The translations under genes were made by a program, and so were the position numbers. A DNA stretch of 64,000 nucleotides from Squalus acanthias. Its lineage: Eukaryota. The first letter of the stretch is position 1, and the number at the start of each line of letters is the position of its first letter. Positions 26,248 through 37,690 of the stretch are shown here, in pieces. The DNA is taken from NCBI GenBank assembly GCA_030390025.1, contig CM059425.1, positions 172,796,001 to 172,860,000 of the forward strand. Direction: 5' to 3'. A model generated the notes under the pieces. It was not told where the DNA came from, did no database searches, and saw only the letters and a program-made list of their open reading frames with translations.

Positions 26248-27505
26248 TGTAACCCTACTATTTAAAAAAGGAGGGAGAGAGAAAACAGGGAACTACAGAT
26301 TGGTTAGCCTAACATCAGTAGTAGGGAAAATGCTAGAGTCTATTATAAAGGATGTGATAACAGGAGACTTAGAAAATATCAACAGGATTAGACAAAGTCA
26401 ACATGGATTTATGAAAGGGAAATCGTGTTTGACAAACCTACTGGAGTTTTTTGAGGATGTAACTGGTTGAATAGATAAGGGAGAACCAGTGGATGTGGTG
26501 CATTTTGATTTTCAGAAGGCCTTTGATAAAGTCCCACATAAGAAGTTAGTGTGCAAAATTAAAGCACATGGGATTGGGGGAAAATTGGTTAACAGCCAGG
26601 AAACAGAGAGTAGGAATAAATGGGCCTTTTTTGGGGTGGCAGGCAGTGACTACTGGGGCACCGCAGGGATCAGTGCTTGGGCCCCAGCTATTCACAATAT
26701 ATATCAATGATTTGGATGAGGGAACCAAATGTAATATTTCCAAGTTTGCTGACGACACGAAACTAGGTGGGATTGTGAGTTGTGAGGAGGACGCAAAGAG
26801 GCTTCAAGGCGATTTAGACAAGTTGAATGAATGGGCAAATACATGGCAGATGCAGTATAATGTGGATAAATGTGAAGTTATCCACTTCGGTAGGAAAAAC
26901 AGAAAGGCAGAGTATTATTTAAACGGTGATAGATTGGAAAATGTTGATGTACAGAGGGACCTGGGTGTCCTTGTACACCAATCTCTGAAAGCAAACATGC
27001 AGGTGCAGCAAGCAGTTAGGAAGGCAAATGGTATGTTGGCCTTCATTGCAAAAGGATTTGAGTACAGGAGCAAGGATGTCTTACTACAGTTATACAGGGC
27101 CTTGGTGAGACCACACCTGGAGTACTGTGTGCAGTTTTGGTCTCCTTACCTAAGAAAGGATATACTGTACTTACCATAGAGGGAGTGCAGCGAAGGTTCA
27201 CCAGACTGATTCCTGGGATGGCAGGACTGTCATATGAGGAGAGATTGGGTCGACTAGGCCTGTATTCACTAGAGTTTAGAAGAATGAGAGGGGATCTCAT
27301 TGAAATGTATAAAATTCTGACAGGGCTAGACAGACTGGATGCAGGGAGAATGTTTCCCTTGGCTGGGGGGTCTACAACAAGGGGTCACAGTCTCAGGATA
27401 CGGGGTAGGACATTTAGGACTGAGATGAGGAGAAATTTCTTCACTCGGTGGTGAACCTGTGGAATTCTCTACCACAGAAGGCTGTGGAGGCCAAGTCACT
27501 GAATA

Positions 27506-27930
27506 CAGGAAACTTTCGTTTATCCGGCACCCAAATATCCGGAATTCTCGCTTAACCGGCAAAAATCATCCTCCGAAAACTCCTCTCAAATAACCGGCAA
27601 TGTTGCCGAGTCGCAGTCGAGTCTCCGCGAACGCCGAGTGCTCCGAAAAATCCTCTCAAATAACCGGCAATGTTGCCGATCCCGAGTCCGAGTCTGAGTC
27701 CGCGAACGCCGATTTAGTCAGTAGGGGTACTTTTCAAAAGTGCCACTACTCGGCCTCCTGGCGCTGTCGCAAGTCCGAAACATTGCAGTAGCATGAGTAG
27801 ATTCTCCCGTGCTGCTTGGAGTCTCTTTGTTAAAAATAGCCTCGGTAGATATAACTCTCTGTTATCCGGTACTTTCGATAAACCGGCACCACGCCGGTCC
27901 CGTCGATGCCGGATAAACGAAAGTTTCCTG
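27506..27930 (+). mobile_element. Tigger/pogo-derived MITE (425 bp)
   Basis: Perfect 24-bp TIR CAGGAAACTTTCGTTTATCCGGCA, TA TSD; last ~100 bp homologous to 1680-1784; internal ~70-bp tandem duplication at about 27571-27712. Confidence 0.93.
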
Positions 27931-28725
27931 TATATTTAAGAAGGAGATAGATAGATTTCTAGACACAAAAGGTATCGAGGGGTATGGGGAGAGAGCGGGA
28001 ATATGGTATTGAGATAGAGGATCAGCCATAATCATATTGAATGGCGGAGCAGGCTCTAAGGGCCGAATGGCCTACTCCTGCTCCTATTTTTCTATGTTTC
28101 TATGTTAATAATGGATTCCAGCATTTTCTTGACAACTGATGTCAGGCTAACTGGCTAAATGAAAGTCAGCACGAATTTGTGAAAGGCAAATCATTTTTGA
28201 CTAACTTGATTGAGTTCTTTGATAAGAAGTAACGGAGAGGGTGGATGAGGGTAGCGCGGTTGATGTATATATAGATTTTCAAAAGGCATTTGATAAAGAA
28301 CCACATGATAAACTTGTTAGCAAAATTAAAGCATTAAAGGAACAGTGGCTGCGTGGAGAGGCCTAGCCAGTGGTGCTTGAATGAACCTCTGGAGGCTGCC
28401 CAAAAAATGGCAGAAGCAATTATTAATTTTTATGGGTCCAGAAGGAGCAGGGGTGTTCCCTTGGGCACAGAAAAAAACTCTGGCCCACTGTTGAGCTCTA
28501 TTTGCCCCCACGTACCTGACCTGCTGACCAGCTCAGCATGGGAGCTAGCCAATTTCTCACCCTCCCACAATTGGTAAGTTGCAGCGGGATGCCTATTTGG
28601 CGCTCAACAGCGGCATTTAAAGGAGACCTGATCCTAAAAATGGATCCTTTAGGTGGGCAGTGCAGACACTCCTCTGACTTTGTGCCCCTACTATAAAATA
28701 TTGCTATTACAAATTTAGAGTTATA

Positions 28726-29512
28726 GGGCTAGAAATTCGGCTGCTTTGCACCTGCGGTTAGCGCCTCTGGGGGGTGCTAACGGGGTGCAACGGGCTTATT
28801 GTCCGTGGGGGGGGGGGGGCAAATAAAGTGCCTCCCAAGAAATTCGGCCGGGCGTTGCTGAGGCGCTACCCAGTAGCGCCCCAGGCTGCTGCGCCGCCAG
28901 CGATGATCTCATCGTCGTGTGCCGCAACCCCTTAGCACCCTGCCGTGGTCCCTTACCGCTCTGCGGCAGAAATTCGGCTGCGTCCCGCAAGGCTGCTGCG
29001 AGCAATGTCAGCGCCAGCCTCGCAGGTCGCGAGCCGGGCCGACCTCCGCTCACGGGGTGGTATTTGAAGGGGCGGTGCGGCCGCGACCCGCGCCACCATT
29101 TTCTTTTTTGGCCAACCGAGGGCCTTGGCATGGTCATGGTCACCATCGCGCAGCCCAACACTGCGTCTCGGTGCAGGGCTGCTGCCATGGCACCACGCCG
29201 CCCTGGTGGCCTAGTGTGAGCCATCAGAGGCCCTGCAGAGTGCACAGTGGCCCTTCCCTTTAACTGAAGGGGAGGGGCGTTGAAACGCGGCAGCGCTCCG
29301 CGGAGCCTCCGTCGAGAGCTGCCGATTGCACCCCGACATCGCCTCGGTTACCACCCCAGCAGGAAGTGGAGTGCCCGAGATTGCGCTCCACTTACTGTGT
29401 GGGTCGGTAAGCCAAATTTAGCGGCCGGGGCGGTACTTGCGCGCCGGGTGCTAAATGTCTGGCCTTAACTCGGTTACCGCCTCCAAATGTGGCGTAACCG
29501 AATTTCGTGCTC
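28726..29512. mobile_element. GC-rich Harbinger-type MITE
   Basis: TIRs GGGCTAGAAATTCGG / CCGAATTTCGTGCTC with ATA/AGA flanks; repeated TAGCGC/GCGCTA motifs as in 32911-37690. Confidence 0.75.
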
Positions 29513-29879
29513 AGAATTTTTTAAAAACATAACTTGCTATGATTGCTGTTAATTGCAATTATCAAGGTTTTAATTTAAATTTTGTACTTGGATGTTATCT
29601 GAGGAGAATTGTAGAAGAATTAAGCTGATTTCAGTGAATATGCCAGCACAGTAAAAGATTTTGACAGCCCATAGACAAATAGAATTGTTAGCAAATAGCA
29701 TACAGGGCCATATAATAAAATTCATCACTGGAAATATCGTTGTTGATGCTTACAATTATGAGTAAACATAATAATCTTATGAACACAGCCTATATTTCTG
29801 ATTTATGATGATTTATGCAGATTCTGTTTCCATTTAAAAGAAATGGCAACATGTCAGATCTGGATATAAATCTTGCTCT

Positions 29880-30415
29880 CGCAGGATTTCCTACACTATA
29901 TGGCACCACAGTATAGGAAGGCTGTCAAGGCCTTGGAGAGAGTGCAAATTATTTACCAGAATGGTACCAGGGATGCGGAACTCCAGTTACGTGGAGAGAC
30001 TAGAGAAGCTGGGATTGTTCTCCTTGGAGCAGAAAAGCTTTAATAGAGGTGTTCAAAATTATGAAGGGTTTTGACAGAGTAGATAAGAAAAAACTTTCCA
30101 CTGGCAGGAGGGGTAGCTAAGCAGAGGACACAGATTTAAGCTAATTGGCAAAAGAACCGGGGGGGGAGGTGAAAAGAAATGGTTTTACGCAGCAAGTGGT
30201 TATGATCTGGAATGCACGACCTGAAAGGGTGGTGGAAGCAGATTCAATCGTAACTTTCAAAAGGGAATTGGATAAATAGTTGAAAAGGAAAAAGTTGCAG
30301 GGCTGTGGGGAAAGAGTAGGGGAGTGGCACTAATTGGATAGCTCTTTTTAAGGAGCTAGCACAGGCACGTTATGCCGAATGGCCTCCTTCTGTGCTCTAA
30401 CATTCTATGATTCTA
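29880..30415 (+). mobile_element. Degenerate CR1 3' fragment
   Basis: Degenerate ALERVQ..FTRM.PG..LEKLGLFSLE region plus 3' UTR gccgaatggcctccttctgtgct. Confidence 0.7.
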
Positions 30416-30717
30416 AGATAAATTTTGATTAAAACTGGGCAGGTCAAGTCACAAAAAAAAATAAAGATTTTTTTTTCTCCTTCAAACTTGGAAACTGTTT
30501 TAATGTCTGAAAGTAACCAAAGCAGAAATTTCAACAACTAAGCAGATCACACTTGTCTTGTAACATAAATTGCATTCAAAGACTGTTTTCAAATTTAGTT
30601 CTTGTCTTTTTTGTGAGCTGTTTTGTTTTAACTGCTTAGTCATTTAAACAATATTTCATCAAGTATTTATATTGTAGTATAAATACATTGAGCAATAAAA
30701 GACGTAATAAAGACATT

Positions 30718-31458
30718 GGCCCAGATTTTGCGGTGGCGATGACGGTGTATACACAGTGTACGCCGTCGTAAGCCTTCTAAAAGGCTCCCCAAGTTCCGGG
30801 TTTCCACATGCACTGTGTATGCACGAAAACCCGGAACTTGTGATCTGTCAAGGTTCGCCTTGATAGATCTACTGTACCGACTCAAAAATCACTTTCACTG
30901 GCCCAACTACTGCTCAGCAAATGCCCACGAAACCCTTATGCCTGGTGAAAGCAGGTATAGGGCCTGCTTTCACCAGCATAAGGGTTAATATAAATCTTAA
31001 ATTCAAAATTTAAAAATAAAAAATTATGCACAAACATTTAAAAATAGTTTATGCAAATTTTGGCCTGGATTAAAATGTTTAAAATTATTTTTCAAAATAT
31101 TAATTTTTTATTGTATATGTTTTATTGAAGGGACTTTTAATTAAATTTGAAAATGGGAACATTTATTTTTATTCCATTTGTATAAATTATTTAATTATTT
31201 GGCGGTTCTGTTTGTATATGGAATCCCCACAAGCATATTAGGAATCCTCCTTTCTGATTGGAGCACCTGGCCCACGTGATCCCAGGGACGCTTCCAAACC
31301 GCCTGCGTTTCTGGGATCGTGGGCCTTTACGCAGGCTTATGCCTGTAGGCCCAGGACCCAAAGTCTCCGAAGCTTGGGAGCCTGAAGTTAAGTGCGGATA
31401 TTTTTAGCGGGTCGGAGGCGTACTCTGGAGGTACACCTCCGACCGCAAATTCTGGGCC
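30718..31458. mobile_element. Harbinger-type MITE with AT-rich core (diverged relative of 42770 and 47253, opposite orientation)
   Basis: TIRs GGCCCAGATTTTGCGGT / ACCGCAAATTCTGGGCC, TSD ATT; shares GGCCCACGTGATCCCAGGG. Confidence 0.85.
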
Positions 31459-31461
31459 ATT

Positions 31462-31547
31462 GGGGCTGAAATTCCACAGATGTTCCGCCAGTCTCTCGCT
31501 GGAGTAATGGCGGGAGACTAATGGAACCCCTGTTGAATTTCAGCTCC
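31462..31547. mobile_element. 86-bp hairpin mini-MITE
   Basis: GGGGCTGAAATTCCACAG / CTGTTGAATTTCAGCTCC termini with ATT on both sides; the interior is also self-complementary. Confidence 0.75.
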
Positions 31548-32266
31548 ATTGAAACTGTACTGTGACAATGGGACAAGGTATGCATGTTTCAGTCAGTGAA
31601 ATGCAAATTTAAAACTGATATCAGCAAATTCTTCAAAGAAAGAGCAATCAACACATGGAATGGACTTCTGGGTATAGTAAAGGAGGCAAAAACTCAAGAA
31701 TATATTTAATAAGCAGTTGGATGTTTTAAGTTTTTCTGGATGAATGAGCTTGAAAGGGCCGAACACTTCATCCATATTCCACATCCATGTTTATCTTGTG
31801 AAAGATCCAAAATGTTGTCAGCATTTATATTAAAATTCCTGAAAAACATAAGTTGTATAAAAGTTAGAACTTAAGTTATAAAAGCTTAATCACAAATGTT
31901 TTAACTGCAAACACTCAGTTCATCATAGAGACAGCTAAAGTTATAGACACTTATTGTGGTGTATTATCTCTGAGCTATATCATCCATGGAAGGAGGAGGT
32001 GACTTTATGGAAAAATATCACTGATGAATATTTATCAATACAGATCTTCCCTGCCTTTGAATAATTTTTCCAAGTGTTTTTGTCTTCCTGTTACATAATC
32101 TTTATTTGCAGCCCTCCATTAAGCACAAGGATGGTACAGATGTGTTCGGGTGATAATAAATGAATCTTTTTAAAAAAAAACACTGAACTTCTTAATGTAT
32201 ATTGGAATACTGTTTAGTAATAATTTGAAATTTGCTAATTTTAATTATTTGTACCTTCTCTTACAG

Positions 32267-32381
32267 CCATATGTTTCTTCAGAACCTCCTATTTTGAGGA
32301 TAACTCGTGGCCCACTTTTTTCAGAGATGGTGTGCATCTACCAGCACTTCACACACTCAGTACGGCTCAGCAATGTGTATG
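32267..32381 (+). CDS. MAN2A1: Alpha-mannosidase II internal exon D: PYVSSEPPILRITRGPLFSEMVCIYQHFTHSVRLSNVY(G)
   Basis: ctcttacag acceptor; G|gtaaga donor; 115 nt, phase 0 to phase 1. Matches the PYV..PP..RVT.G...SEV region of MAN2A1/2. Confidence 0.9.
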
Positions 32382-32910
32382 GTAAGAACAGCTACAGCTC
32401 TGCTGTATTTCTGCCTCCCATAATAAATTTCTATTTTTTTTGAGAACTCAAACTGTTATTGTCTTCTGCCATAATTACATTGCTTACAAAATGCATGAGA
32501 ACAATAATCTAGATGAGATGAGACTTCACTGTATTGATGGTTCCATAACAAAGTTCAAAATAGCTGTTGGAGTCAAAGGTAAGGAATATTATGGTGAAGG
32601 AATAGAATTAGGTTGTTTACATTTGACCACCTTTACCAGCTGAAGTGTTCAATTCTGTCCCCCAATCCTCAATAATATTGGTTCTTAACAACTTGGATTT
32701 CTGTCTAGGAAAATTGTTTTGCTGGTAGTTTTGGTTTCAGTTCAGCAGGTTAGCAAGCTTTAGGCACTAGTGGTTGAACAACCGTGTCCCATTTAACATG
32801 GGTAATACCTTCGGTTCCAGTCAAAAGTAGTTTCTCATTCTCATCTTCATGCCATCTTTGTCGATCTGAGTTACAATACCATCTAATTGTGTATATATCT
32901 ATAGCGCTTT

Positions 32911-35900
32911 GGGGGGAGAAATTCGTTATCGTCCGGTTTGGGGCGCTAAATTTTGAAATCGTGAAAAATTAGTGCCAGGCGCTAATGAGTCTGAGGTTTC
33001 CCTAAATTGGCTGTTCGCGCTCCTGGAAAGAGCTGAAGCGCTAAATCAAGTGCTAATGACCTAAGCAGGGTGCTACCAGCAGAGCGATGATGAATTTCTG
33101 GTGCTATGCAATCGGGAATGATCCTTCACACTGGCCCCTTCCAGCTGTTACAGGGGAGGTTGCATCATTGTGCAGATCCTCATTATCAGCATTGCTGACT
33201 GTGAAGGCGACCTGCAAGGAACTCAATCTCCTAATCGTGATAGCTGATCCCACTCCCAGGGAGAGAGCTCGTCGTTTCACAGATGAGGCATTGGAGCGAA
33301 GGAGGGCAGTGCTGTTCCTGGACACTGGAAGGAGACCATTGCCCTAGGTATTCAGGGCAATGTGGAGGGAAGTGGCCCAGGAGGTCTCGGCCAGTAGTGT
33401 GGTCATACGCAACCTGACACAGTGCCGGAAGAAATTCAACGACCTCACTCGTGTGGTCAAGGTGAGTACATGCTTCAGCAGGTCCTACATACCAGCACCT
33501 GAACCTCAGTCTGTACACACAGGACAAACTACCACACCCCCACCACTCGCCCACCAAGCATCTGCACCTACTCAAACTCGCATCCACATCTCACGCCTTG
33601 TCTACAATCACATCTATTCAACTACGGCAGGTATACCTCCCAAACACATAGCTGGACTCTGACTCTCATTCGTTTCTCTTGCAGCCAAGATGGCTCACAA
33701 TAGGAGGGAGCAGCAGAGAACAGGTGGGGGTGATGCACAGCTCCAGCAGCTTTCGGACCTGGAGGAGCGAGTGGTGCGACTCATTCGGCAGCAGGCGGTG
33801 GGCGGCGTGGCCATTGGTAACGTCAACCCCCTAGGGGGCAACAACGGCATGTTCATCCCCTCTCCTTCTCTCATCCTACTTCCCCCTCACACCACAAGCC
33901 TTTCCCACTTTCCACCTGCTGAGAATGTCTGCATTCCTTGCTCCCTTCCTGCCCACCTTCCCTCACCTTAACACGAGTGTTGTACCTTTATGCTTTCAGA
34001 GAATCAGCAACCAAATGACCAGCCTGTCCCTGAGTCTACCACTGAGAGTGAGGAAGGAGAAGAGGAGGAGGAGCAAAGCACCGCATCACTGCATCTCTCA
34101 CCCGCAGGCACCACCTCAGATACTGGCACTACGCGATCTTTAGGGGCAAGTTTAGTAGAGGGGTCTGCACTGGGTGATGCACCGGGGACGAGCGGGCTGC
34201 AGCAAGGCCAGGGGGAAAGGGTAGCTCGGGAGCCAGCTCCCCGGAGGGTGAGTTCTGCTGCACTGGACTCAGATGAGGACCTCGATGGGGAGGTGTTCAC
34301 AAGAAGGGTGATGGCCATGCACTCCGAGATGATAGGTGCAATGGCAAGGGTGCCCAAGAGCCTCTCGGCAATGGCAAGGAACGTGGAGGTGTCCGCCTCC
34401 AACATTGCACAAAGCTCTGCGCACACCATGGAGCCCATCATTTCCACTCTGCAGAGGATGATGGACTCCCAGAGAGACCGTGCAGATCCAGACCTCATGA
34501 CGCGTGTCATGGGCGATGCGGCAGCTTCCATTGCAGCACAGGAGGAAGTGACGCAACGTCTTAGTGCTGTAATGCAGGCAATGGTTGGTGGCATCAAGTC
34601 TCAGACTGCTCTCATGCAGTCTCAGTTGGTGCCACGCAAGCTCTGACTGCTGCCATCGTTGCTGGGTCCACCACAGTCCACCGGGGATCTCACGGTGTCG
34701 CAGCAGACCACCAATCTGTGCTCCAGCAGATTGGTAGGGATGCTGAGGTGATGCCCCGGGGGAGTGGCAGTGGGTCAGTGGAGCAGGAACCTGCTGTCCT
34801 CTACATAAGAACATAAGAACATAAGAAATAGGAGCAGGAGTAGGCCAATCGGCCCCTCGAGCCTGCTCCGCCATTCAATAAGATCATGGCTGATCTGATC
34901 CTAACCGCCAATCTACTATCTATCACAGAACCATCTCCTGCATCTAACAGAATTGCACACACGAAATAGGAGCAGAATCAGGCTACACAGTCCCTGGGCC
35001 CGCTCCACTACCCACAGGGCCATGACCGATCCGAACCTAGACTCATGTCCAAATTCCTGCCCGCTCCCCGTAACCCTTAATGCCCTTTACTTCTAGGAAA
35101 CTGTCTATTTCTGTTTTAAATTTAATTAATGTTGTAGCTTCTACAGCTTTTTGTGGCAGCATATTCCATGGACCTACCACCCTCTGAGTGAAGTAGTTCC
35201 TCCTCATCTCAGTTTTGAAAGAGCAGCCCCTTATTCTAAGACTATGTCCCCTAGTTCTCGTCTCACCCGTCATCGGGAACATCCTCCCCGCATCCACCCG
35301 ATCCAACCCCTTCACAATCTTATATGTTTCAATAAGATCGCCTCTCATTCTTCTGAACTCCAATGAGTAGAGTCCCAATCTACCCAACCTCTCCTCATAT
35401 GACCACCCCCTCATCCCCGGGATTAACCGAGTGAACCTTTTTTGCACTGCCTCGAGAGCAAGGATGTCTTTCCTTAAGTAAGGACACCAAAACTGTATGC
35501 AGTATTCCAGGTGCGGTCTCACCAATACCTTGTACAACTGAAGCAATACCTCCCTATTTTTATATTCTATCCCCCTAGCAATGAAAGCCAACATTCCATT
35601 TGCCTTCTTAATCACTTGCTGCACCTGCATACTAACCTTTTGAGTTTCGTGCACCAGGACCCCCAGATCCCTTTGCACTTCAGTACTCTCCAGTTTCTTG
35701 CCATTAAGATAATAAATTGCTCTAGGATTTTTCCTGCCAAAGTGCATCACCTCACACTTTCCAGTGTTGTATTCCATCTGCCAAATCTCTGCCCACTTAC
35801 TTAGCCTGTCTATGTCCCCTTGCAGGTTTTTTATGTCCTCCTCACTCACTACTTTCCCTCCCATCTTTGTATCATCTGCAAATTTTGATATGTTACACTT

Positions 35901-37690
35901 GGTCCCTTCCTCCAAATCGTTAATATAGATTGTGAAGAGTTGGGGACCCAGCACTGACCCCTGTCAGCATTCCTGATCCCACCACTGCCACTCCGCCATT
36001 GCACTTGTTGCTGCCTGTCATCCAGCCAGTCCAGACTGCCGCCGCCCATCCTGAGGTGGCGCAATGTACAGCCGGGTCTTCCAGAACTGGTCGAGGGCGT
36101 CCTGCAAGGCCATCTGTAGTCTCTGGCATGGACACTCAGCAGCCTTCCACCAGCCCTGCTGCAGCCACTGGGGAGACACTACGTAGGAGCAGTAGATTAG
36201 GGAAAGGCACTGTAAAGAAGGGAAGTAAGGGTTTGCACAAGGGTGATTAGTTAATACTGTTGCTGTATATATGTGGTTGCTGAGTTTGGATACATTTATT
36301 ATTGGAATGTTGCAGATTTGGGGCTGTGTCTCATTTCAGCTTTGGGGTGTGGTATGGAATGAGACATTGATGGAATGATGGGGGCATGCTGAGCAACCGG
36401 GAAGTGGCCTCCAATTCATTGGAACCGAAGTCTGATGAGGCAGTCACGGACCGCCCTTCCACAAGGCCGATTGAGTGGCGGCCTCTTCCTCGTCCTCCTC
36501 GTCTCCCTCTTCCTCCTCCTCCTTAAGTTGTGCGGCTATGCCTGGTAGCAATGGCTGGGCCCTCATGATGGCCAAGTTGTGCAGCATGCAGCAGACGACG
36601 ACAAAAAGGGACTCCCGCTCAGCTGAGTGCTGGAGGGCTCCTCCCGAGCTTGAGCGTTCCGATGGTCTGCTCAATGATGTTCCTGGTGGCAACACAGCTC
36701 TCATTGTATGAATGCTGGGCACGAGTGTTGGGGTTGCGGAGGGGAGTCATGAGCCAGGTGGAGAGCGGACAGCCCATGTCTCCCAGCAGCCAGCCGCGAG
36801 CTTGATGTGGTGGCTGGAACAGAGCTGGCACACCGGTCTGGCACAGGATGAAGGCATCGTGGCTGCTGCCAGGATAGCGGACATTGACAGTGAGGATTCA
36901 CTGTGTGTGGTTGCACACCAACTGCACATTAAGCCTTTGCGGTTACGGAATACTTCAGAATTGTTACGGGGTGCCCGCAGAGCGTCGTGGGTGCAATAAG
37001 TGGTGCCCTGCACCATGGGGAAGCCCGCTATACTGGCAAAGCCACGTACATGCTCGCACTGCTTCTCTCTGGTCATGGGGAAGGAAATGTAGTCCCTTCT
37101 CCTTATGTAGAGAGCATTTGTGACCTCGCGGATGCAGCAATGGACGGCGAACTGCGAGATATTCGCTCTATCTCCTGTTGCACACTGGAAGGATCTGCTG
37201 ACTTAGAAATTGAGGGTGACAGTGACCTTGACTGCCACTGAGAGAGCCGTGGTGCTCCTGATATGAGGCTCGAGGTGTGGCTGCAGGAGATGGCAGAGCT
37301 CTGTGACCACGTCCTTGGTCAAACTGACAAGGCAGCAATCTTTGCCGACTAAAAATAAACCGGATGTTGATGCCTTTATATAGCGCTCCTCCAGCGCTCA
37401 TCCGACTGCATACCGCCTCCTCTACCTGTCGTTGCTAATGGCAGGCGCTCAGGCAGGGGGCGAGAGTGAATTTCTGAGCCAGGGCGCTACCGGGGCATTG
37501 CGCAGCCGGATGCCGTCATGATCTCTGGCCGCAGGAGAGCATGGTGCTAGTGGGTACCGCCGGCGCAAACCTACACTTCAATTTCGCGGGAGTCGATACT
37601 ATCACCGCGCCCACCCGCTCGCTCGCTAAGTCGGTAACGCCCCCCCCAGAGGCGCTAACTGGAGGCGCAAAGGTACCCAATTTCTCCCCC
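32911..37690. mobile_element. PIF/Harbinger element: 3-exon Myb gene (+) and convergent DDE transposase pseudogene (-), interrupted by CR1
   Basis: TIRs GGGGGAGAAATT / AATTTCTCCCCC. Myb exon 1 ends QCRKKFNDLTRVVK|gtgagt at 33461, exon 2 reads KMAHNRREQQRTGGG, exon 3 starts near 34000. Transposase remnants at about 36420-37320 (GFPMVQG..CTH, NRKG, WLLGDMG, TRNIIEQTIG). Confidence 0.88.
34803..35963 (-). mobile_element. 5'-truncated CR1 inserted in Harbinger
   Basis: Open 303-aa ORF 35043-35954 (FADD to C-terminus); (cataagaa)n tail; same subfamily as 1785-3996. Confidence 0.92.

Larger units (their letters stand above)
25190..28106 (+). mobile_element. CR1-C (RT to 3' tail), interrupted by CR1-D and a Tigger MITE
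   Basis: aaaattctatagat...gattggagggtggca at 25190-25242 continues as tgtaaccctactatt at 26248; ORFs 26240-27454; (ttctatgt)n tail ends near 28106. Confidence 0.85.
20717..28156 (-). mobile_element. CR1-B in pieces: 20717-21324, 24573-25189 and 28107-28156
   Basis: Minus-strand 3' tail at 20717; ORFs 20953-21186, 24559-24861 and 24949-25326; sequence is contiguous across the Harbinger and CR1-C insertions. Confidence 0.82.
19150..28420 (+). mobile_element. CR1-A (endonuclease to RT start), split: 19150-20716 resumes at about 28157
   Basis: IMGDFNYP, LDLVL, SDHN and KSPGPDG motifs; gggctaat at 20716 continues as aaatgaaagtcagcac (QHGF region) at 28157. Confidence 0.8.

Noticed and set aside
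28726..29512. CpG island or internal promoter with GC-rich ORFs
   Set aside because: Coincides exactly with a TIR-bounded MITE; the ORFs have no recognisable homology.
35043..35954. Open 303-aa RT ORF as a domesticated gene
   Set aside because: 5'-truncated young CR1 with its tail intact; the open frame reflects recency.
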